Assembly: GCA_035370505.1 (NCBI GenBank)
Contig: DAOOVU010000001.1
Location: 17,109-81,108, forward strand
Origin: Candidatus Dojkabacteria bacterium
GTDB taxonomy: Bacteria; Patescibacteriota; Dojkabacteria; SC72
Direction: 5' to 3'
Length of the DNA stretch: 64,000 bases
A model generated the notes under the pieces. The model was not told the DNA's origin. It did not search any database and worked only from the letters and a program-made list of their open reading frames with translations. Position 1 is the stretch's first letter. The number at the start of each line of letters is the position of its first letter. Positions 57,798 to 64,000 of the stretch are shown here, piece by piece. Position numbers and translations under genes: made by a program.

Positions 57798-58823
57798 ATC
57801 TATAAATTGAGCATCTTTAATAATTGCTTTTGGAAGATCCTTCTTGTCTATTATTGTTATGAATGTTTGTTGTTTATCTAATTCTTTTTTATTGAATATT
57901 GATTTTGTATTTTCTTCATCTAGCTCAGACGCAATATCATCTAATAGTAGAATAGGATAGTAATCAAGCCTATTTTTAATGACATCCTGTGTCTTAAAGA
58001 CTAATTTTCCTATGGATATCCTTTTTTCTCCTCTAGATCCAAACTGTCTAATATTTTTTCCGTTAATTAACTGCCAATCATCTCGATGGGGACCGATATT
58101 CGTATATCCAGTAGCAATATCTCTCCTTTTAGAATTCTCAATAGCATCTGCTAACGAGGTATCTCCGTTTGATTTTGTATATTCAATATGAATATCGTCT
58201 GAATACATTTCATCTATGATACGAACCCTTTCTGTTTGTATTATTTCGGACAATCTTAAAAACTCTGCAGTCCAGAAGTTCAGTTGAACATCATTTATAG
58301 CGACTATTCCATAATCATAAAACTTTTTTGCTAATTTTTTTAAATATGCATTCCTTTGTCTTAGAACTTTCCTAAACAATGTAAGCGTTTCTATATATTC
58401 GTAGTCCACTGTAGAAATTATTTCGTCTAGGAACTTTCTTCTAGCAGAGGCTGAGATCATTAAAATTTCTATTTGTTCTGGGTTGAATATTGTAGATGCA
58501 TTTTGGTCAAAAAATTTTCTTGGTGAAACTTTTTGGTCATCTATTTTTAATACTCTTGTTCCAGCATTTTTATACAAAGAATAGACTTTATCATTATTTG
58601 TCATTTCAATTCTTGTGAATTTTTCACTCATATTTTGATCTGTATTTATGAATTCATCACTAATAGCCCATGGAGATTTTCCATTTGTAAGAAGGTATAT
58701 TGCTTCCAGTACTGTGCTTTTGCCTTTCGCATTGTTGCCATGCAGTACTATAAGTTTGCTTTGTATATTCAAATCTAAGTTTTTAAACTTTCTGAAATTT
58801 GTTAGTTTTATATTTGTTATCAT
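57780..58823 (-). CDS. recF: DNA replication and repair protein RecF
   Basis: MITNIKLTNFRKFKNLDL..., Walker A GNNAKGKSTVLEAIYLL, C-terminal LLLDDIASELDE. Confidence 0.8.
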   Translation of the reverse strand: MITNIKLTNFRKFKNLDLNIQSKLIVLHGNNAKGKSTVLEAIYLLTNGKSPWAISDEFINTDQNMSEKFTRIEMTNNDKVYSLYKNAGTRVLKIDDQKVSPRKFFDQNASTIFNPEQIEILMISASARRKFLDEIISTVDYEYIETLTLFRKVLRQRNAYLKKLAKKFYDYGIVAINDVQLNFWTAEFLRLSEIIQTERVRIIDEMYSDDIHIEYTKSNGDTSLADAIENSKRRDIATGYTNIGPHRDDWQLINGKNIRQFGSRGEKRISIGKLVFKTQDVIKNRLDYYPILLLDDIASELDEENTKSIFNKKELDKQQTFITIIDKKDLPKAIIKDAQFIDLNNLG

Positions 58824-60631
58824 TATGTCTTTAATATAGCAAGAAAAGCATCTTGAGGTATATTTACTTGTCCTATTTGTTTTAATCTCTTTTTGCCTTT
58901 TTTCTGTTTTTCTAGGAGTTTCTTTTTTCTCGAGTAATCTCCTCCGTATAGTTTAGCAGTAACATCTTTTCTAAAGGCTTTTACATCTTCTCTGGCTATT
59001 ATTTGAGATCCTATTGCTGCTTGAAGTGGCACAGAAAATTGTTGTCTTGGTATTACATCTTTCATTATTTCTAGAAGTTTCAATGCTTTTGTTCTTGCAT
59101 TTTGTCTTACTTCTAAAAAGTCTAATGCTGATATTTCTTCATGATTAACAAGCACAGAAACTTTTACTATGTCAGAAGGAAAATAATCTATGAATTCATA
59201 TTCCATAGAGGCGTATCCGCTGGATATATTCTTAATTTGATCAAAGAAATTTGAAATTAAAGAGGCTAAAGGCATGTCATATTCTAAAATAATATAGCGA
59301 TTTGAGGAATTTTTATCATTAGCATTCAAATATTTAGTATTGACATATTGTCCTCGTTTGTTTTGACATAATTCCATTAGGTCTCCGATATATTTATCTG
59401 GTGTCATTATTTCAACTCGGACCCATGGTTCTCTGATTTCTTTTATTTGTTCTGCATTTGGTAACTCTTGTGGTGTTTGTATAACAATCTCAGTTCCATC
59501 TGTTTTTGTAACTTGATATTCTACTGTTGGTGCGGTAACTATCAGGTTAACACCATATTCTCTTTCTAATCTTTCTTGAACAATTTCCATATGGAGTAGT
59601 CCAAGGAATCCACATCTAAATCCGGATCCTAAGAGGTTTGATCTTTGTGATGTGAAGGATAGTGAAGCGTCGTTTAGAGAGAGTTTAGTTAGTGATATTC
59701 TGAGATTTTCGTAATCTTCTGTATCTATTGGGAAGAATGTTGCAAACATATTTGGTTTTGGAATTTTATATCCAGGGAGTGGCTTTGTAGTTGTTTTGTC
59801 AGAGATTGTGTCGCCAACTGTAAAACAGCTAATATCCTTCATTCCTGTGGCTATATACCCTACTTCTCCAGCACTTAATGAGTTAGTTGGCTGTAAATCT
59901 GGATTAAATACTCCTATTTCAGTAGGTTTAAATTGCAGGTGTTTTTGTATCATATATAGGGGAGTTGTTTTTCCAGCTTCAAAGGTTATTTTCCCATCAA
60001 AAAGTCTAACTGCTATGACTACTCCTCTGTGTTCATCGTAAAATGAATCAAACACCAGTCCACTTAGAGGTTTATTGGAATCTCCTAATGGAGGAGGAGA
60101 TTCTTTAATAATTGCATCTAAGAGTATTTGTACATTTTCTCCTGTTTTTCCAGAGACTTTAATTATTTTGTCTTTTGAAAATCCTAGAAGTGATTCCATT
60201 TCATTTTCTATCTGTGGAATATTAATATCTGGTAGATCTATTTTGTTTATTACTGGAATTAGTTTTAATCCTAAATCAGTGGCTTTTCTTGCATTCGAAA
60301 TTGTTTGTGCTTGTATTCCTTGACTTGCATCTACTAGTAGTATTGCTGATTCACATGCGGCGAGAGATCTTGAGACTTCGTATGAAAAATCTACATGTCC
60401 GGGAGTATCTATAAGGTTGAGTTCATGTCCTTTCCAATTCATTTTACATGCCTGAAGTTTAATAGTTATTCCTTTTTCTTGTTCTAAATCTAGTTTATCC
60501 AGTAGTCTTTCTTTTCCTTTTTCTCTTATTGCTGTCCCATTGGCTATTTCAAGCATTCTGTCTGCAAGTGTTGATTTGCCATGATCTATGTGGGCGATTA
60601 TCGAAAAGTTCCTTATTTTTTCTTGTGTCAT
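58823..60631 (-). CDS. lepA: Elongation factor 4 (LepA)
   Basis: NFSIIAHIDHGKSTLADRMLE, DTPGHVDF, and LepA-specific C-terminal domain (...KKLLEKQKKGKKRLKQIGQVNIPQDAFLAILK). Confidence 0.9.
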   Translation of the reverse strand: MTQEKIRNFSIIAHIDHGKSTLADRMLEIANGTAIREKGKERLLDKLDLEQEKGITIKLQACKMNWKGHELNLIDTPGHVDFSYEVSRSLAACESAILLVDASQGIQAQTISNARKATDLGLKLIPVINKIDLPDINIPQIENEMESLLGFSKDKIIKVSGKTGENVQILLDAIIKESPPPLGDSNKPLSGLVFDSFYDEHRGVVIAVRLFDGKITFEAGKTTPLYMIQKHLQFKPTEIGVFNPDLQPTNSLSAGEVGYIATGMKDISCFTVGDTISDKTTTKPLPGYKIPKPNMFATFFPIDTEDYENLRISLTKLSLNDASLSFTSQRSNLLGSGFRCGFLGLLHMEIVQERLEREYGVNLIVTAPTVEYQVTKTDGTEIVIQTPQELPNAEQIKEIREPWVRVEIMTPDKYIGDLMELCQNKRGQYVNTKYLNANDKNSSNRYIILEYDMPLASLISNFFDQIKNISSGYASMEYEFIDYFPSDIVKVSVLVNHEEISALDFLEVRQNARTKALKLLEIMKDVIPRQQFSVPLQAAIGSQIIAREDVKAFRKDVTAKLYGGDYSRKKKLLEKQKKGKKRLKQIGQVNIPQDAFLAILKT

Positions 60632-60692
60632 GGGGAGTATTATACATCTAGGACTGATTATTTAGCCATTTTTTATGAGGGCTGATGAATTT

Positions 60693-61301
60693 TTATTCAA
60701 TGCTTATGGTCATTTTGAAAATTTCTGAAAATTGTACATTAGCAGAATTTTCAACAGCTAGAAATATGATTTTTTCTTCATTTGGGTTGAAAGTTAATTT
60801 TTCAGTGTGTGTAATACCAGTGCTATTTTGTAAGATGTATGAATTATTTCCACTTAGAAGAAAGATGTCAGATTTGGTATTTATAGCTGTTTGTCCATCA
60901 AATATGATGGTTTTTTGCTGGTCTGTTTTGTTTTTTATTCTCAATATTGGTTTTGAATATCTACCAGCGGATCTTTTTCCTATTGTAACAGTGTATTCAA
61001 ACATGCCAATGCCTTCAGTTTGAGTTAATTTCTCTGATGAGAATATTTTGTGCTGTCCTCCAATTAAATCTACGGTACAACCAGACTGTGTAGAAGCTCC
61101 TAGTATGTCTGATTTCTTAATTTCTCCAGTCTTTGGGCTTAAATTTATAACAGAGAGAATTGGTAAAACAAAAATAGTTATCAAAGCAACTATGAGTAAG
61201 GGTTCAGCTAACTTTGAAAGTATTGTTTTTGTTTTAAAGCTGTATACTGCCATTTGACTAATAGTATATATTTTCTCTTGGGTATATCTTATCAGTTTCA
61301 A
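60693..61301 (-). CDS. Hypothetical membrane-anchored beta-rich protein
   Basis: N-terminal hydrophobic anchor (LLIVALITIFVLPILSVI) then a ~150-aa soluble domain. Confidence 0.4.
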   Translation of the reverse strand: MKLIRYTQEKIYTISQMAVYSFKTKTILSKLAEPLLIVALITIFVLPILSVINLSPKTGEIKKSDILGASTQSGCTVDLIGGQHKIFSSEKLTQTEGIGMFEYTVTIGKRSAGRYSKPILRIKNKTDQQKTIIFDGQTAINTKSDIFLLSGNNSYILQNSTGITHTEKLTFNPNEEKIIFLAVENSANVQFSEIFKMTISIE

Positions 61302-61806
61302 GTTGATATGTCTTTATCATTCCCCAAATTGATAATATTCCGATTATCATAGCTGTTATTCCAACCCAGCTATATGCATTTCCTTGTACAGAATGTGCAA
61401 TGGCTATTGCAGAACTTGTTGTTAAGAATGCACTCCATATGAATATTTGTAGAAATGTCGTTCCTTTCTTTGTAATCCATTTTAGAATATTGAGTTCAGT
61501 AATTTTGACTATGGTTCTTGGATTTTGAAATGAAGTTTCATACAACAGCGTTTTTATCGTGAAGTAAAATGTTGGGAGTGCCAATGCAACAATCATTATG
61601 ATATCCGATAGGGAATTTACAAGAATGGTAGAAGATGGATCTGTATAGCAGATCTGTACAGAATAGATTCCTTCTATTTGATTATCAATATAGTAATCAA
61701 GATTGTACAGAGCATTTATACCTAAAATTCCTAGAACTTTGGCAGCAATCATTATTATTGCCGGCCATACAGCTATTTTAAGTGCTCTTTTTAGAAGTTT
61801 TGACAT
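61258..61806 (-). CDS. Hypothetical polytopic membrane protein
   Basis: Four predicted TM helices; no motif. Confidence 0.4.
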   Translation of the reverse strand: MSKLLKRALKIAVWPAIIMIAAKVLGILGINALYNLDYYIDNQIEGIYSVQICYTDPSSTILVNSLSDIIMIVALALPTFYFTIKTLLYETSFQNPRTIVKITELNILKWITKKGTTFLQIFIWSAFLTTSSAIAIAHSVQGNAYSWVGITAMIIGILSIWGMIKTYQLETDKIYPRENIYY

Positions 61807-62074
61807 TATCTTTGGACAGTTTGTTTAAATCTTTAGTAAGCCTCGATTTTAATCTATCGGCTTTACCTTTTTTGATAACATTTTTCTTTGCGGATTTGTC
61901 TAATATTTTGTATACATTTTTAAGATTTTTCTGTGCCGCAGAAATATCTTCCTTTTTGACCAAAGTTTTCTGTTTTTTTACAGCTCTTTTTAGTCTTTTT
62001 CTAGTTCTGTTGTTTATCTCATTTTTTCTTTTATTTTTTCTTAGATCTTTGATTGATGTTTTTAAGTTAGGCAT
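61778..62074 (-). CDS. rpsT: 30S ribosomal protein S20
   Basis: MPNLKTSIKDLRKNKRKNEINNRTRKRLKRAVKK...; the internal ATG at 62074 is preferred over the ORF-track start at 62116. Confidence 0.75.
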   Translation of the reverse strand: MPNLKTSIKDLRKNKRKNEINNRTRKRLKRAVKKQKTLVKKEDISAAQKNLKNVYKILDKSAKKNVIKKGKADRLKSRLTKDLNKLSKDNVKTSKKST

Positions 62075-62171
62075 CTGATTTTCTGAGTTAATATAATTAG
62101 TTGTTAAGTCAAGCAATTATATACATATTAGAAAAGTTTGTAAACATATTCTTTTATGCTAAACTTTTATT

Positions 62172-62591
62172 ATGTTAAGAAGCAAAAAATTTAAGCTTAT
62201 TATATCCTCTATCTTTGTATTTGTTTTTCTTAGTTTTTCAATAACATATATGCTTTTAGAAGAAAGCAGGAAGGATGTTAAGGGATTGTCTGATAGTAGA
62301 AATACAAGTAGTATTAGCGGTGTACCTTTTATTGTTTCTTTAGCTCCGATTTCGGTAGTTGCAGGAGAAGAGTATATATATATTCCATTACTGTCAGATA
62401 TGGATACTCCGTTAGAAGATCTTGAATTGTCTTTGAAAGAATCACCATATTGGTTGTTTTTGGAGAATGGGCGTGTGAAAGGGAAGGCTCCGATTGATAG
62501 TGGATCTAAAACATACAAGTTTGTGCTTAGAGTGTCTGATGGGTATAATTCGTCCGAGCAGGAAAATTATATTGTTGTTTTAGATAGATGA
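62172..62591 (+). CDS. Membrane-anchored protein with putative Ig-like (cadherin/dystroglycan-type) domain
   Basis: N-terminal TM; ...PFIVSLAPISVVAGEEYIYIPLLSDMDT...YKFVLRVSDGYNSS... Confidence 0.4.
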   Translation: MLRSKKFKLIISSIFVFVFLSFSITYMLLEESRKDVKGLSDSRNTSSISGVPFIVSLAPISVVAGEEYIYIPLLSDMDTPLEDLELSLKESPYWLFLENGRVKGKAPIDSGSKTYKFVLRVSDGYNSSEQENYIVVLDR

Positions 62592-62992
62592 CCAAAAATA
62601 TCTTTGTGATTACAAGTATTGTTTCGTTTTGTGTTGTTGTGGCATGTTCAATATTGCTCTTGACGAGGAAAGCAGGTGGTTTTAGTTTGTTTTCTTCAGA
62701 TAACAGTTGTACACCGTATAATGTGTTTGTATCGAAAGGTGCTGAAGATTATTCTGTAGTTGTTGAATGGTATACAAAGGGTAAGTGTGTAGGGTTTGTT
62801 AGATATGGGAAGGATATGAATAGCATGGAAAATATTTCTCTAGATTCTTTGGGAGGGAATAGGGGGAATTTTCATAGGGTTGTGATAGACAAGGTGGTAA
62901 CTTCTAAAAAATATTACTATTTGATTATTTCTGGGGGGCAGAGTTATGGAAATAATGGATCTCCCTTGGAGTTTGTACTTGATGAACTTTAA
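62588..62992 (+). CDS. Membrane-anchored protein with FN3-like beta-sandwich domain
   Basis: N-terminal TM; ...YSVVVEWYTKGKCVGFVRYGKD... reminiscent of FN3 / purple-acid-phosphatase N-domains; overlaps the previous gene by 4 nt. Confidence 0.35.
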   Translation: MTKNIFVITSIVSFCVVVACSILLLTRKAGGFSLFSSDNSCTPYNVFVSKGAEDYSVVVEWYTKGKCVGFVRYGKDMNSMENISLDSLGGNRGNFHRVVIDKVVTSKKYYYLIISGGQSYGNNGSPLEFVLDEL

Positions 62993-63939
62993 TCCCTTTT
63001 TGATATTTTCTTTATGGTTTTCTTTTCAAAATACTTCTTTGGTTCAAAAATCCTAAGGGATGTCATTTCTGCATTTTTGTAGATATCTGAATCAGTTAGT
63101 TTTTTGGCTACTACTCTTCCGAATGGTCTGTTTAGAATGAACCATCCAAGTATTAAGATTATGAATCCAATGAAGATGCGAATAATTGATGAATCAAAGA
63201 TACCAGTTTGTGGTTGATTTCCTGAAGGCTCTGATGGTTGTGGGATACTCGCTTCTGGGTTAGAGCAGTCCTGAGCTACTAAAATAATTGATTCTGCTCT
63301 AAGCTGACTTGGATCTACTGGGATTTGTTGTGGTGTTATTATTACCTCATTTTGATTATTTCCCGTAAGTGCATTTGGTCCTGCCTGTGCTGTAAATACT
63401 ATTATGAGGGATTGAGTTGGAGATAGCGTCCAGCCTTGTGTTTTACTCCAGACGAGTTCATGAGTATCTCCTATGGTTGTATCTGTTAGGTAATCAGCAT
63501 CTTTTACTAAAGCACCATTGATTTTCGTTGTATTTTCAGAATATATAAATCCAAGAGGAAGTTTGTTTTTGATTGAATTAATAGTCTGTGCTGAACTACT
63601 ATTATTTACTATAGTTATTGTAATTTCTACTTTATTTGTAGGCTCAACTCTTTCTACGCATGATAGATTGGCGTTATTAGTTACTTGGAAGTCAGATTCT
63701 TGTTCCTCTTGTGGAGTTTGTTGCACTTCAGGTTGTATATATGTGACAACTTTTGATGTTTTACCTATTTCTTGATTTTTGGTTATGTCAGTTATGCTTG
63801 CAGTTATAGTTACATCTCCTTCATATCCATCAAGTTGAGAAAATGTTACACCATCAGCGAAATTTGTTTGATTATATAGATCTTGTCCTAGTATGGATAT
63901 CTCTCCCTTAGAAGAGTTTAATGTAAAGCCTTTTGTCAT
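62989..63939 (-). CDS. Secreted/cell-surface protein with C-terminal sorting-signal-like tail
   Basis: C-terminus ...NQPQTGIFDSSIIRIFIGFIILILGWFILNRPFGRVVAKK is an LPxTG-like QPQTG motif followed by a hydrophobic helix and a basic tail; the rest is T/S/Q-rich with beta repeats. Confidence 0.45.
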   Translation of the reverse strand: MTKGFTLNSSKGEISILGQDLYNQTNFADGVTFSQLDGYEGDVTITASITDITKNQEIGKTSKVVTYIQPEVQQTPQEEQESDFQVTNNANLSCVERVEPTNKVEITITIVNNSSSAQTINSIKNKLPLGFIYSENTTKINGALVKDADYLTDTTIGDTHELVWSKTQGWTLSPTQSLIIVFTAQAGPNALTGNNQNEVIITPQQIPVDPSQLRAESIILVAQDCSNPEASIPQPSEPSGNQPQTGIFDSSIIRIFIGFIILILGWFILNRPFGRVVAKKLTDSDIYKNAEMTSLRIFEPKKYFEKKTIKKISKRD

Positions 63940-64000
63940 TGTTATATTCTGATGCTTCTTTGTATCAAATGAGAAAGTTATTTCCAGTTTATCTTCTTCT

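Noticed and set aside
62075-62116. N-terminal extension of rpsT (MLDLTTNYINSENQ...)
   Set aside because: S20 proteins begin near MPNLK/MANIK; the internal ATG at 62074 gives the canonical start.

Overview
This is an AT-rich bacterial chromosomal segment (roughly one-third GC by eye), densely coded on both strands. I saw no rRNA, tRNA, CRISPR array or transposase/integrase by eye. All identifications come from motif recognition in the supplied translations and manual reading of intergenic DNA; no database search was possible.

Most of the window is core housekeeping:
- A partial RNase J-like gene at the left edge, then valS and metG.
- rpoD, rsmA, dnaG and ftsK.
- rpoB-rpoC-rpsL-rpsG, followed convergently by a GT2 glycosyltransferase and rplY instead of fusA-tuf.
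- hrcA-grpE-dnaK behind a sigma70 promoter and a near-perfect CIRCE operator; groES-groEL.
- folD-glyA, a long ThyX-like gene, then dcd.
- recF, lepA and rpsT.

Accessory content:
- A cell-envelope cluster: an NAD-binding/TM/DUF4012-like fusion, a PEGA protein, a GT4 MraY/WecA-like transferase, an O-antigen-ligase/TPR protein and murJ.
- PilN/PilO-like and ComF-like proteins.
- An XRE-S24 repressor next to a HExxH metallopeptidase.
- A compact Gram-positive-type type IV secretion-like module at 52.3-56.6 kb: a PrgI/VirB3-like protein and a VirB4 that appears split into two ORFs with a low-complexity insertion. It is flanked by a Lon-type AAA+ ATPase lacking its protease domain.
- Just upstream, an intergenic region carrying three CCTAGG-centred palindromic repeats, which precedes a Pol-beta-type nucleotidyltransferase.

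Several genes have a -10 box within a few nucleotides of the start codon, which suggests leaderless mRNAs. Short protein lengths and this gene content suggest a reduced-genome lineage such as Patescibacteria/CPR, but that is inference.
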